Shown piece after piece: positions 39,084 to 50,275 of a stretch of 56,389 nt of DNA. Location of the stretch: IMG/VR virus record IMGVR_UViG_2898074128_000002. The stretch is one strand, 5' to 3'. The stretch comes from an uncultured virus (IMG/VR IMGVR_UViG_2898074128_000002) (Duplodnaviria > Heunggongvirae > Uroviricota > Caudoviricetes). Under the pieces are notes generated by a model. That model was not told the DNA's origin and did not search any database. It worked only from the letters and a program-made list of their open reading frames with translations. The number at the start of each line of letters is the position of its first letter. Position 1 is the stretch's first letter. Both the position numbers and the translations under genes were made by a program.

Positions 39084-41492
39084 TTAAAGTCTTTCCTGCA
39101 CCCAACGCGGTTCAGCATCTATTGGTTTGAAGAACTCCCAGTTGTTGTCCTCATAGCGATCTTTCGTTATGACACGCCAGCTCCAGGAATAGCTCATACC
39201 GCCATTTCTACCGGAAACACCGCGGATATTCTGCTCATTTATCAAAATATCTCCATTGGCAAATACATGCTGAACGATTCCGGCGTGACCATATACACTG
39301 GTCGTCGCATCACTAAATACCGCGCCGGCTGTCGGATAACTCACCGTTTGTTCCCCGTAATGATTAGCCCATAACTCGGCGAGGACTCCCCCGTCTCCAA
39401 ATGGTCGTGTAGTACCCCGGCCGTTTTTATTCCAATCGGGATACAGCTGCATGAAATAACTGTGAGCAAGCGCCGCACATTGATCGGCAATAATACCGTT
39501 CGCCCATCCGGACTCATTCCCCCATGCAAGCCCTGCATCTTCCGGATTCTTTGCGAACTCCTCTAACGAAGACGGCAGAGTTTCCCTTGACCACGGAACG
39601 AGTGTAAGATCAGATGGTACCTCTCCCGTTCCATCTGCGGCCTGGTTTCGGTAGTGAGCTAAGATTGGATCGCCACACCCATCATCTTGATGGTATGCCG
39701 CTGCGGCATTATTACCTTGAGAGCGGTTGACGTTTATCCCGCTTAGAATACTCTCCGCATAGTCTGTATCTGCTGTTGCGCGCTCTAATACAAACAGGAA
39801 ATCGATGGCACTACCCTGGCGGTTACTAAGAGACGCGTTCGGTGATGAAAGGCCGATCCAGGAGTTCATAAATCGTTCTGTTTCACTATCCACGGTCCCG
39901 CCATCATCAGTTAAGAAGTCTGTTAATTGATTCTGGCGGTACGACTCATCCCCATCTAACATAAAGCGTACTTGTGTATCAAATTCGTACCAGTTAACAT
40001 CGTGATCTTCCGCATATTCAATGAGGAGGCGGTTCCGGCCGTTCGTCCACTGCGCAAGCCCAATTCCAGCATACTCAATCGCTGGAAAATCGGCAGCGTA
40101 GGACGAATTTATCGCTGAAATCTTGAAATCGTTTTGGATAGCGGCCTGCTTGCGCTCCCCAATGATGAACTCCTCATTCGTAATCGTCTCGACAGCTGTC
40201 GGGTCGAGGGAACTCTCGTATTTCAAGTTTCCGAGTACCGCTGCCGTCTGCTCTTTCGAACCGCCAAGCTCTGAATACACCGACCAGAGTTTCACGGCGT
40301 TATCCTCCCTGATGGCGTCAATATCCCCCGATTCGAGATATTCTTGAGATGCTTCCGATACGGCCGTCCATTCTGGTTGGCAGTCAGCCATAGCCTCGTC
40401 AATTTTCTTCAACTCCTGGTTGATTCCGTACATAACTGTACCAAAGCCGATAATGAACATCATCGCGGCACCTATGGCTATGCCTTGTCCGATACCTAAC
40501 CCCACGCCAAGAAGACCTGAAAAGAGAGAACCGACGGCTCCAAATATCGAACTAAAGAGCCCGGCGATTTTCCCAAGGACGGCAAGCGCAACCCCTTTAA
40601 TCATTTTAAGTGCTTGTATCGCAAGCATACCCATTAGTCCGAGCTTAGCTGCACCACTGGCAATACTGGCACCCGCAATTATTTTTGTCCCCTTGATTCC
40701 CGCGTCGACACCCTTGTCCATCGCTTGTTCTGCTTTGTCTGTGATGTCCTCTTTATCTCTACCCGCGTTCTTTTTAGCTTTGTTGAAATCTTTTAATGCT
40801 CTGCGGGCACTGTTGAATGCATTGAGCCCTGGAGTTGCATCCATCGCAGCATCCGCCGCCTGGTGTTCAAGTTGATCTTTCAACCCTTTGTCACTATAAT
40901 CTATTCCCGTAGCATTGGAAGAAGCATCTTTCGCCTGATCCCCCAGTTTTTTGGAACTTCCTTGTGAATCTCCGCCAGCCTCCTTGGAATCCTTTCCGGA
41001 ATCCCCTTTATCTTTGTTGTCTGCATCATCCTTTTTCCCGTTATCGTCTTTATCATCTTTATTTTTACTATCACCTTTGTTCTCTTTATCGTCTTTATTC
41101 TCTTTACTTCCGCTATCCTTACTTTTCCCGTTATTTTCCTTATCCTTGCTGTTACCTTTACTATCTTTGCCGTCCGTACTGTTTCCGGCATTTTTGTTTT
41201 CTTTATTGCTGGCATCCGACAATCCGGATGATGGGGCGACCCCATCATCGGAAGCATCTTTTCCAGATGTTTTTTGTGAACCATTTGGTGGTGATGAATT
41301 CGACGATCCTGGCCCGCTTCTCACCCCGTCCGCCAGGCGGGATTTCGAACCGCTATCCCCGCCGGCTCCACCCGAATCTCCCGACGGGGTATCGGGCGAA
41401 ACATCTGGTTTCGATCCCCTTGTAGAACGCCTGCGGCCAAGGTCTACCCCTTCTAGCGGCGGTATATTATTGCCGTTTTTCCCATCAATCAT
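39084..41492 (-). CDS. VirB1-like cell-wall hydrolase: low-complexity N-terminus, TM region, phage-tail lysozyme domain, CHAP domain
   Basis: AAVLGNLKYESS and GIGLAQWT (lysozyme-like); QCAALA...YGHAGIV...INEQN (CHAP Cys/His/Glu). Confidence 0.85.
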   Translation of the reverse strand: MIDGKNGNNIPPLEGVDLGRRRSTRGSKPDVSPDTPSGDSGGAGGDSGSKSRLADGVRSGPGSSNSSPPNGSQKTSGKDASDDGVAPSSGLSDASNKENKNAGNSTDGKDSKGNSKDKENNGKSKDSGSKENKDDKENKGDSKNKDDKDDNGKKDDADNKDKGDSGKDSKEAGGDSQGSSKKLGDQAKDASSNATGIDYSDKGLKDQLEHQAADAAMDATPGLNAFNSARRALKDFNKAKKNAGRDKEDITDKAEQAMDKGVDAGIKGTKIIAGASIASGAAKLGLMGMLAIQALKMIKGVALAVLGKIAGLFSSIFGAVGSLFSGLLGVGLGIGQGIAIGAAMMFIIGFGTVMYGINQELKKIDEAMADCQPEWTAVSEASQEYLESGDIDAIREDNAVKLWSVYSELGGSKEQTAAVLGNLKYESSLDPTAVETITNEEFIIGERKQAAIQNDFKISAINSSYAADFPAIEYAGIGLAQWTNGRNRLLIEYAEDHDVNWYEFDTQVRFMLDGDESYRQNQLTDFLTDDGGTVDSETERFMNSWIGLSSPNASLSNRQGSAIDFLFVLERATADTDYAESILSGINVNRSQGNNAAAAYHQDDGCGDPILAHYRNQAADGTGEVPSDLTLVPWSRETLPSSLEEFAKNPEDAGLAWGNESGWANGIIADQCAALAHSYFMQLYPDWNKNGRGTTRPFGDGGVLAELWANHYGEQTVSYPTAGAVFSDATTSVYGHAGIVQHVFANGDILINEQNIRGVSGRNGGMSYSWSWRVITKDRYEDNNWEFFKPIDAEPRWVQERL

Positions 41493-41629
41493 ATTGCATT
41501 CCTCCTTTGCATTTACCTGTGAAACTGGAATGTATGAAGTAGTGAAACTTTGAATCTTGAAATCTACATGAAAGAAAGACAAAAGGGTCCCGTCACAGCT
41601 AATAGTGGAAGGGACCCTGCTTCGCAAGA

Positions 41630-42961
41630 TTAATAGAATATCACAGCGTCTTCATCCGATTGAATGGAATATGAGGACGCCTGAGACTGGATATCGGCAT
41701 CCAGAACGAGTAATTGACGCATCAGATCCCGCTGTAATTTCGACTTGGTATTGAGATACGTGCGCCATGTCGCTTGTAAAGACTCCACGGAATCCTTCGC
41801 AGCTACCTGAGCAGACGGGCTTGAACCGGTTGACACTGTTGTTAAATCCAGCACGGAGCCATCCTCATGATTCAGTGTTTGAACGCGATCCACCTGCTCG
41901 GACCTGCCATCCCTGTCCTTCGTGTCTTCTGCGGCTTCCTTCATATAGGTGTCAAAGGATGACAAATCACTCATAACCTGGTTGATGTAACCATCCCGAA
42001 TGGATGTAGTCGAATAATCAAGGACGTGCGCACCAGCCACGTTCTGAGCGGCTACAAATACACCTTCGTCATCGATGTAATCTCCACCGACGAACCACGG
42101 CGTTTCCGGAGGTTCATAACCACCGGCAATCAGGCGGTTCGTATATTCCTGCCCACGGTTAAGTAATTGTGCGAGCCCCTCGGTCTCTTTAGCGATATTT
42201 TCACGAATTTCTTCATCCAGCGGCTCAGCAATCAATGCCGTATATAGTGTAATCGGATCTTCCTCCCCGGTTTTCAGCCAATCAAGTGTCTCTACGTCTT
42301 CCGCGCCGGGATTGACAAACAATTTTCCCTGGTCATATTCCGCGAAGGAACCATCTGTTGAGTCGCTATCTCCGGAAGAACCAGAACCTGTCTGTGCTGA
42401 CAGTTCCGTATTTGAGCGGATCGTAATATCGACCACTTCTTGCGGGATCGATCCTTCGTCCTGGAAACGGATGATGCCGTACCCGGTGGAGCCAAATAAA
42501 GAAAACGTTACATCCGGTTCATACGATAGCGAACTTCTCGCCCCCGTAATAAACAACTCATAATTGTTCGCATTCATGCTCATATTTCTCGGGTTCTGCA
42601 TGCGTAAAAGAATCATCACATCCGTTTTGTCTTCATTTCCAAACACCCCTTCTACGTGCACCCTTTCATTGGACAACGAAAAGTTAAAGTCCTTGGTGTA
42701 AACGGCTTGTGCAGACACGCTCTGGGCCACATCGGTCCGGTGGTTCGCAAAAGAAAAGATTGAAAACATAAGTAGGAACGACAGGGTCACTCCGAGCATT
42801 GCCGTGAATCGCTCCATTTTATGATGGGAACCGAGTTTCAACTTATCTCTCAGTCCTTCGAACCGTTTGTTAAACGATGACTTTTCCGGCTCGTTCAACC
42901 CATCATCCTTCTCCTTGGTCTCTTTGTTATTTTTCAGACCCTTCATGTCATGTCTAGCCAT
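41630..42961 (-). CDS. Membrane-anchored transfer-region protein
   Basis: TM AMLGVTLSFLLMFSIFSF; ATG 42961 after GGAGG; operator at 43001-43024 upstream. Confidence 0.7.
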   Translation of the reverse strand: MARHDMKGLKNNKETKEKDDGLNEPEKSSFNKRFEGLRDKLKLGSHHKMERFTAMLGVTLSFLLMFSIFSFANHRTDVAQSVSAQAVYTKDFNFSLSNERVHVEGVFGNEDKTDVMILLRMQNPRNMSMNANNYELFITGARSSLSYEPDVTFSLFGSTGYGIIRFQDEGSIPQEVVDITIRSNTELSAQTGSGSSGDSDSTDGSFAEYDQGKLFVNPGAEDVETLDWLKTGEEDPITLYTALIAEPLDEEIRENIAKETEGLAQLLNRGQEYTNRLIAGGYEPPETPWFVGGDYIDDEGVFVAAQNVAGAHVLDYSTTSIRDGYINQVMSDLSSFDTYMKEAAEDTKDRDGRSEQVDRVQTLNHEDGSVLDLTTVSTGSSPSAQVAAKDSVESLQATWRTYLNTKSKLQRDLMRQLLVLDADIQSQASSYSIQSDEDAVIFY

Positions 42962-43155
42962 ATGTGAATTCCCCCTCCCTCTTCCAATTAAAATTTGTTT
43001 ATAACACTGTGCTGTCAATGTTTTCACAGATAACTAAGACCAATTATAGCATAAATTTACTGGAATATATAGGAAATAATTGAAGTTCCTTCCTGTTGTA
43101 CGGAACATTTGTGCCACAAAAAAAAAGAAGGTGTGAAGACACCCTCTCTTTTCTT

Positions 43156-44794
43156 ACCTTTAGTCAACGCATTTTTGTTAATTTCTTTTACATTTCATTT
43201 TTGGGTGTAGGAGGAAGGGGGACCCCGTCCTCCTACACCCAAGTTTTTGTATCACAAAAAGACCTTACGCTTTCCTGTTTTTCGAAAGGTCAATGTGCTA
43301 TAGTTGAATCAAACTTCGTTACGATCTTTGAGCTGGTAGTGCGGACTCATAATCGTACAATATGCCGTGTGTGATAAGTTGAAACGTCACTTTCAGGAAC
43401 TTATTCATACACGCCACAACAGCGACCTTATGAGGCTTACTCTGAGGTTGCTTTTTTAATTTGTAATAATAGTCCACGAAGTGATTAGGTTTTCCTTTTG
43501 CCATAAGCATTGAACAAATCATAAAAAATAAAATTTTCCGCAGCTTCTTATTACCTCTTTTATTTATTCGATCACGATATTGCATATTACCGGATTGATA
43601 GCGCATGATATCAATGCCCGCGTAAGCGTTTAACTGTTTGGCGTTTTTAAAACGGCGGATATCCCCTAGTTCGCCAATCAGTCGACACGCTGTTGAATCT
43701 CCGATTCCTGGAAATGAACGCAAGACCTTATATTCTTTTCTCCCTTCTGAGATAGTTACCATTTGTTTGACGAGCTGAACCTTTTTCTCCATCAAATCCG
43801 CAATACGTCGAGCATAATCCCTTGCTTGATCACAACGAATGTCCGACGGATCAATAGCTGGATACGAATTTTCGGCAGCTTTCAATAATACAATGGCTTT
43901 CTCCTCTGCGCGTTTTAAAGATAAATTCTTTCGGGTGTTCTCTTTCAAACGGTTTTTAATAATCGTTTTTGAAAGTGCTCGTAATTGTGCCGAATGGGGA
44001 TAGAGCTGTACGAGATTTAAAAATAACGCGGAACTTGGTGTAATGAGCTGTTCCAATTCCGGAAATGATAGATGTAAAATCGCATGCATTCTACTGCGTA
44101 AGAGGATCATCTCTTCATCAATTTCATCATAGTAACGTGTAATCGCCCGCATTTGTTCAAAGTAGTCATCTTGTTGGTATGTCGCTTCGCGAGCCATACT
44201 AAAGTGTGTTTTCGCAAGCTCGTGGGCATCGCTAATATCTGTTTTATGACGACGCATCTTAGCCATTTGTAAATTCGCTTCCAATGGATTCATACGGCAG
44301 TATGTATGGCCTTTAGTCGCCAGGAACTTTTCCAGTGGTTTTGAGTAAATACCTGTTGCTTCAAACACAATTTCGGGGGCTTGTTTATCCAAAACCGTCA
44401 TTTCTTCAATTCTGTGATGAAGCCGTTCAAAATCAATCCGAGTATGAGTTAATTCCCCTTCCAATTCACATTGTTTATACCGGTCATAAATAGCAAAAGT
44501 ACTTTTTCCTTTACTGACATCAAGTGCGATGACATGCTTCAAACGAACCTTCTCCTTTTTAGCCAATCATAGAAGTCTTCACAGCGCCTTATTGATTCCA
44601 TTTTCTTATACACGATCTCTTGGACCCAACATACTAAACTGATTCAAACAAGGGTGTGAAGTTGGCCGGTTTTTTGATACGGACTCTTATCTTGGTCCCA
44701 GAGGGTGTTCGGCCTTTCTTCACTTCTACTATAAAAAAATAGTAGCACAGACCATGGCCTTGGTCTGTGCTACTAATGTTAGTATGTTTTTCTT
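43156..44794 (-). mobile_element. IS110-family insertion sequence
   Basis: Transposase plus structured non-coding ends; TTTTCTT at both junctions (43149-43155 and 44788-44794); no terminal IRs; removing it places the virB2-like gene next to a terminator. Confidence 0.8.
43319..44566 (-). CDS. IS110-family DEDD recombinase/transposase
   Basis: ALDVSK, FEATGIY, KTDISDA, PGIG, AYAGI...QSG, KRGNKKLR. Confidence 0.95.
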   Translation of the reverse strand: MAKKEKVRLKHVIALDVSKGKSTFAIYDRYKQCELEGELTHTRIDFERLHHRIEEMTVLDKQAPEIVFEATGIYSKPLEKFLATKGHTYCRMNPLEANLQMAKMRRHKTDISDAHELAKTHFSMAREATYQQDDYFEQMRAITRYYDEIDEEMILLRSRMHAILHLSFPELEQLITPSSALFLNLVQLYPHSAQLRALSKTIIKNRLKENTRKNLSLKRAEEKAIVLLKAAENSYPAIDPSDIRCDQARDYARRIADLMEKKVQLVKQMVTISEGRKEYKVLRSFPGIGDSTACRLIGELGDIRRFKNAKQLNAYAGIDIMRYQSGNMQYRDRINKRGNKKLRKILFFMICSMLMAKGKPNHFVDYYYKLKKQPQSKPHKVAVVACMNKFLKVTFQLITHGILYDYESALPAQRS

Positions 44795-44806
44795 GATTCC
44801 CGTTGT

Positions 44807-45163
44807 TTAAGGCAGGAACGTTTTCGCGAAATGGAACAGCGTGATCGTTTGCCCACCTAAATCTTCGATCGTACGACGTCCACCGCCTGCGATGTCCTGT
44901 ACGAATTGGAAACCGGTTGTCATGGACAATGTCCCTCCGACAAGTAATAGAATGATTGCAACAGCCCAGTTCGTCTGCTTTTTACCTTGAGACATTAGAC
45001 CCGAAGTGATCTGCCAAATGGCGTACCCTACTGCGACTATACCAAGGATCATTACGGCTAGGGAGATCCACTCCCCCAGTGTTGAAAACGAGTTTTCCAA
45101 GAAGTTCCGCAGATCCCATCCACCGCTACCTGCCAGTGGCTCAATAGTGCTAAAACTAAACAT
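44807..45163 (-). CDS. VirB2/TrbC-like small membrane protein (pilin-like)
   Basis: 118 aa with two hydrophobic helices; follows the VirB6-like gene. Confidence 0.55.
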   Translation of the reverse strand: MFSFSTIEPLAGSGGWDLRNFLENSFSTLGEWISLAVMILGIVAVGYAIWQITSGLMSQGKKQTNWAVAIILLLVGGTLSMTTGFQFVQDIAGGGRRTIEDLGGQTITLFHFAKTFLP

Positions 45164-45353
45164 GAACGTTTTCCCCCTTTATCTGTGAGCGAATCCGGTT
45201 AAAGTTCTACCAAACCACTGACTGCTCAGCAATTTAAATTATGGAATTATTATATCACACGCTTTATGTCAAAACAATACATATTATACAAAATTTGGTA
45301 AACAATGTGCAAAATGTAAACATTCAATCAACCTACCCCCAGAAGGGGAGGGG

Positions 45354-48300
45354 TCATTCGTCACTTTTACCGTTAACGAATGATTCCCATGATTGCTGCA
45401 TGTGCTTGGTGCTTTGAACGATTCCAGCGTGATCCTGAAGACTATCCTCCCGAATACCGGAGCGGGTCAGGTCGAGCTTCATCTGGTTAAGACGAGTCCC
45501 CAGCGTTTTCATCTGCTTCTGCCCGGCTTCTGTGATAGTACCGTTCTTCTGCTGGAATTCAAGTTTGTCGTACATCGACTGCGACTGGCTCATATGAATC
45601 ATCTGATTGATAATTGCCTGTCCGTTTTTACGAATCGGTCGGCTTGCCACTACCGGTTGGAAGTTACTGTTTTTAAGCAAGCCCTGGGCGTTATCCTTCA
45701 GTGTTTTCACCTGAGTTTTTGAGACATCCACGTTGGTCTGCAGCGAGGCTACCTGTTTTTCCGCCTGTTTAACAATCTGTGGCGGTCGGTTGCTCGCGCG
45801 GAGCGTTTTCAGACGTTGCTCGGCCTGCTCCAGTTTCGACTGGCTGTTTTTCAAATCGGTCGTATGTTTCAATAACTGCGTCTGGTAATCGCTATAATTG
45901 CTCACACCGGAAGTGGTAAGCGTTGCATAACTCTTACTTGCCGATTGGTTAGGGACCGCCTTTGTCTGTGGTACACTTCGAGCTTTACTTCGCCAACCCG
46001 GTGGATCTAAGACTTGCTGCTTTGCAGTTTGTGCTTTATTCATTTGCCGTTCCGCCTGCGCCTGATGTTTAAGCGCTTTATTCATCTCCCGGGTCGTCGG
46101 CTTATTCGGCGACTTTCTCATGGTATCCACCGTGTTTGTTGCCTGTTCGTAATTCGCTTTCGCTTTATCGTATTGCGCTGTGGCCCGGTCGATCTGCTGC
46201 GGCGTACCGCTCGGCTTTTCTGATACACGGGACATACTGGCTTGCGCGTTAGATAAAACTTTCGACGCTTGATTCATCCTCTGTTCACGCTTTTGTACAA
46301 CGTGTCCCGGCTGACCGCTTGCAACCGCTTGAGCATGAGCATTCTGTGCTTTTTGATATACCCGTTCTGCACTTTCCACGCGAGTACGAGCACTGCTGAC
46401 CTCGTTATAAGAACGCCCGGCATCTTTCGCCGTCCGCAGATCCTGTTCCACATTGGCCGACTCCTGAACGGCCTTGCGCTGAGCTTCCACTTTCCCTGAC
46501 TGTCTAGCGATCATGGCAGGTGAAGCCCCGTCATTTTTCATCTGTTCTAACTTCTGGACGCTTTCATCCAGAGTCGATTTTTGAGCAGTTGCGTGACGAG
46601 CGGCGCTTGCTACATGCTCCTCTGTGACTGGTTGACGACCAGTAGCGGAACTTGCCTTCCCTTCGCTTCGCATCGCTTGATTAAAGGCTTGCTGAGCTGT
46701 ATTTGCGTTTTTATTCGCCTTATCGGCATAACGCTGCGCTTGCATAATTGCGTAAGGTGGCGCACCATTTGCTTTTAATTCTTCCACCCGCTCATTTGCC
46801 CGTTTTGCCACTTCATTGGCCTTATTAGACTGTTTTGCAAGGGAAGTTAGGTTTTTACTTCCCGGTGTGCCTTTCCCTGGCTCTGCCGCAGGTACCGCGC
46901 CGTTTTTCATCGCCGCATCACCTTTGTGCTGCAGGACTTTCTCACCTGTATCTTCATCTTCAACGACTTCGAACCCTCGTTCATCTAACGATCCCTGAAT
47001 GTCGCTGGCAGCTACACGGTTGCCATTCGCATCCGTTACGAAACCTTGGTCATCAAGACTTAGAGGTTCGCTCGATCCGTTCATACGAAGCGCTTCTCCG
47101 TCAGTTCCAACCACATTGCCGTCTATATCCAAACCGTAGTGTGAGGAATCCTGTTCGTTTTTCATCGCTTTGTACTTGTCGGTGTCAAAACGCATATCGT
47201 CGAGCTTCTTCGCTTCTTTCAAGGCAGAAACCGGTTTTCCATTGTGCCCTGGAATTGCTCCTACAGGCTGGAGAGTTCCGTCTTTATCAAGAGCCACAAA
47301 GTTACCTTTTTCATCGACCAGCTGGCCTTTTTTGTTTTGATAGAAGGTATTACCCATTTCATCGGTGTACGCATTACCGTCCCCATCCATGAGCGCCCCG
47401 TCTTTGCCAGTCATCGCGCGCATACCCGCCATCCCCAATGGAGAGCTTGAACTGATCTGATTTCCATTAGCATCTAGTGCGTTGCCGTGCGCATCTTTGA
47501 CGATTTCTCCGTTTTTATCGACAGCTTGGCCATTACTGGTTGTACGGTTGGAATTGATTTCGTCCTTATCATTATCGTTATCTGTGAAGTTTGAACTTGT
47601 GACTTTACCTAGCGCAGTAGCATCACCGTAACGCATTGATTGGATACCGGCATTCTTCGCTTCCAACTCACGTTCGTAAGACTTACCTTTAACACCAACG
47701 GCACCCTTCATGGCGTCTGTCGTTTTTGCATTAGCGAGGTCTTTCGCCGTTTTGAATCTGGCTTTCGCCTTCTCCCCAATAGAGCGACCTTCCATACCTC
47801 GTTCAGCAGCCATTGCTTCACGCCTTGCCTCCAGACCATGGGCTGCACCCATAAGGCCCATAACTCCACTATCCGCATCTTTCGCGTCCTGCGTAAGTTT
47901 TCCATCCTGACCAATACGACCGCCAGACATTTTAGTTGCATCAAGACCCTGACCGCCCGTACCTGTATCAAGCGCACCCATCACGCGATTAATACTGTTC
48001 GTTACGACTTCCTCCATCATTTCTCGGAAGACGGCCATGTTTTTAATCATGAACACCGTCAAAACAGCTGTAATCACGGTAATCAGGAAGCTGGTCAGGA
48101 AATCAAGAATGAGTCCACTGCCGAAATAACTTCCACCTGTATCGACTAATGAATTGAAGTTCAAGAGCAAGGTCATAAGAATACTTTCACTCAACGAGTA
48201 AAGAAAGATCATTCCGAGCACTTGAATAATAAGTACCGCCGTGGAAATCAATAATTTTGTCGTAAACGCTATCGAGCCAAGCGCTGTCCCGAACACACCG

Positions 48301-50207
48301 CTTAGGATACGCGGGATGCTCTTGATGGCCACGCTAATCATCATGACACCATAAGCGATGGATAGTACCGACAAACTGAGCATAACCGTCACGTTCTCCA
48401 CCCAGCGTGTAAAAGAAGAAATACCTGTTCCCCCAAAAGTAACGGATGCATATGCATCGCGGGAAAGGTCGCTACCTGTCCGTAGCGGGGAATACACGGT
48501 GAGCCCCGTACTCGAAAACGTCGTATTCAAAAAGTTATACATCGCAATTGGTGATAAACCACCAACGGCACCGGATGAGCCAGCCCCAATCGGAGCAAGC
48601 GGTTCCGTTACAACATCGGCTACATTCTCAGATACATACCCGTTAGATACCGAATAAGTCAAATCACCTGCGTTATAAATGTGCGTTGAATATTCCCCGA
48701 AAATAAACATATCGTCTTCCGCCGCCCCTTGGGTGAATAACCCTTTCGCATCAGTCCAATCCGCGGCCTCCAACCATACAGCTTCATCGGAAAAATAATT
48801 CACCCTGTCAATCCACGTCCGGTTGTCATTCGCAGAAAGAGAGAACATATGCACAATTGCTTCCTCGGTTTCAATGCTTTGGTCCGCCGCACGTATTTTT
48901 TGAATTTGACCGGAAACCTCCCCGTCGTAATCCGACCCTGTAAATGCCGTAGCCGTCATGTGACGAGAAAGAATGCTGTAGACCTGACTGAAGCTGCTTT
49001 TCTCCGCATGACTTCTAGTCCGAGTATCAATATCCCTTCTACCTCCACCTTCATTGAGGATTTCTCCAATATCAGAGGTGGCGGAATACCGATCTTTAAG
49101 CGCGTCCGCCCGCGTGTTATTTGCACGGGTTCCATTCACGGCCAGAATCAACTCCCTGTTACTGAGCGTTCGTTCCTCATCTTCACCAAGGCGTGGATTC
49201 ATAATCTTGCCACCCTCCGGCGGAGCCAACCGGGAATACCGTACCCAGTTTTCAAAGTCTACATAGGAAGATAAAATCAGGTAATCCGCATATTCCGATC
49301 CGACAGCCACATTCGACTCCAAATCATTAATTAAGCCCGTGTAGGTAGCTCCGATCAGCGGAAGTCCCGCAAACAGCATGAACACCCGGACGGCGTACCT
49401 GGCAAAGCGCTTCATGGCCGAACCTTTACGGATAACCAGCGCACTAAACACTGTCATGGCGAGTAGCGCCGGGAATAAAAGCACAATCGAGAAGTCTTGT
49501 ATCGTCGTATAAAGAGCTCCGACGTTTTCCGCAACACCGGAAATGATGCCAAGGTCGGCACTTGCGGTTCCGTTAATTGCAGTCTCAAACAATCGGAACG
49601 GGTTTAACGTTATTAAAATCATAAGCGCACCCCGGAACAATAATGGCGCCACATTTGCCAGCAAATACACCAACACGACAATACCGGTGCCAGCCATACG
49701 TCCCAATCCTCCGATCCCCGGCCGGAGTGTTGAAATTAGACCCATATCCGTCAATACTTCCCCATACCCCGCATACTGATAGAACGGATTAAAGAGACCT
49801 GCTAATAGAGCACTGTCACTACTGTTATCGATGATGTGCATCAGCTGGTCATACGTAATATTCGCTGATGACGCTGTGTACGAGTTCATCAACCAACCGA
49901 CAATGCCGGAATCATCGGATAAAATTTCTGCATATCCGAGAAGCGCTCCTGCGTTTCCTGCCGGAAGAAGATCGTCGCTGTCGTTGTCTTCAATCATGGT
50001 TAGCTCGTCAACACCAGATCCTGGTGCGATAGCTGTGGCGAATTCCCTCGTTAATTCACTCGCCCGCTGGTGTAAAGATAAATCGGATACACCATCGTCA
50101 TCGGCAAGAGCAAAGTGACCGACGGATAAAAGGCCGGTCAGCATCACAAGGAGTGCTAAGCACCCCATGAAAGCGGCGCGTGGAATCCTTGTTTGTAAAA
50201 ATCGCAT
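45354..50207 (-). CDS. Extended VirB6-like polytopic membrane protein with a large C-terminal soluble tail
   Basis: N-terminal signal/TM, about 8-9 further TM helices, then DxxG repeats and an A/Q/K-rich coiled coil; adjacent to the virB4-like gene. Confidence 0.6.
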   Translation of the reverse strand: MRFLQTRIPRAAFMGCLALLVMLTGLLSVGHFALADDDGVSDLSLHQRASELTREFATAIAPGSGVDELTMIEDNDSDDLLPAGNAGALLGYAEILSDDSGIVGWLMNSYTASSANITYDQLMHIIDNSSDSALLAGLFNPFYQYAGYGEVLTDMGLISTLRPGIGGLGRMAGTGIVVLVYLLANVAPLLFRGALMILITLNPFRLFETAINGTASADLGIISGVAENVGALYTTIQDFSIVLLFPALLAMTVFSALVIRKGSAMKRFARYAVRVFMLFAGLPLIGATYTGLINDLESNVAVGSEYADYLILSSYVDFENWVRYSRLAPPEGGKIMNPRLGEDEERTLSNRELILAVNGTRANNTRADALKDRYSATSDIGEILNEGGGRRDIDTRTRSHAEKSSFSQVYSILSRHMTATAFTGSDYDGEVSGQIQKIRAADQSIETEEAIVHMFSLSANDNRTWIDRVNYFSDEAVWLEAADWTDAKGLFTQGAAEDDMFIFGEYSTHIYNAGDLTYSVSNGYVSENVADVVTEPLAPIGAGSSGAVGGLSPIAMYNFLNTTFSSTGLTVYSPLRTGSDLSRDAYASVTFGGTGISSFTRWVENVTVMLSLSVLSIAYGVMMISVAIKSIPRILSGVFGTALGSIAFTTKLLISTAVLIIQVLGMIFLYSLSESILMTLLLNFNSLVDTGGSYFGSGLILDFLTSFLITVITAVLTVFMIKNMAVFREMMEEVVTNSINRVMGALDTGTGGQGLDATKMSGGRIGQDGKLTQDAKDADSGVMGLMGAAHGLEARREAMAAERGMEGRSIGEKAKARFKTAKDLANAKTTDAMKGAVGVKGKSYERELEAKNAGIQSMRYGDATALGKVTSSNFTDNDNDKDEINSNRTTSNGQAVDKNGEIVKDAHGNALDANGNQISSSSPLGMAGMRAMTGKDGALMDGDGNAYTDEMGNTFYQNKKGQLVDEKGNFVALDKDGTLQPVGAIPGHNGKPVSALKEAKKLDDMRFDTDKYKAMKNEQDSSHYGLDIDGNVVGTDGEALRMNGSSEPLSLDDQGFVTDANGNRVAASDIQGSLDERGFEVVEDEDTGEKVLQHKGDAAMKNGAVPAAEPGKGTPGSKNLTSLAKQSNKANEVAKRANERVEELKANGAPPYAIMQAQRYADKANKNANTAQQAFNQAMRSEGKASSATGRQPVTEEHVASAARHATAQKSTLDESVQKLEQMKNDGASPAMIARQSGKVEAQRKAVQESANVEQDLRTAKDAGRSYNEVSSARTRVESAERVYQKAQNAHAQAVASGQPGHVVQKREQRMNQASKVLSNAQASMSRVSEKPSGTPQQIDRATAQYDKAKANYEQATNTVDTMRKSPNKPTTREMNKALKHQAQAERQMNKAQTAKQQVLDPPGWRSKARSVPQTKAVPNQSASKSYATLTTSGVSNYSDYQTQLLKHTTDLKNSQSKLEQAEQRLKTLRASNRPPQIVKQAEKQVASLQTNVDVSKTQVKTLKDNAQGLLKNSNFQPVVASRPIRKNGQAIINQMIHMSQSQSMYDKLEFQQKNGTITEAGQKQMKTLGTRLNQMKLDLTRSGIREDSLQDHAGIVQSTKHMQQSWESFVNGKSDE

Positions 50208-50275
50208 AACGCCCCACTCTCCTTCCCCTTTAAATTTTGGTTTTTATATAAGATAAGGTTTAACTTCAGCGTTTT

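Noticed and set aside
40930..41400. Low-complexity repeats and overlapping + strand ORFs
   Set aside because: Shadow of the K/D/S/G-rich N-terminus of the cell-wall hydrolase
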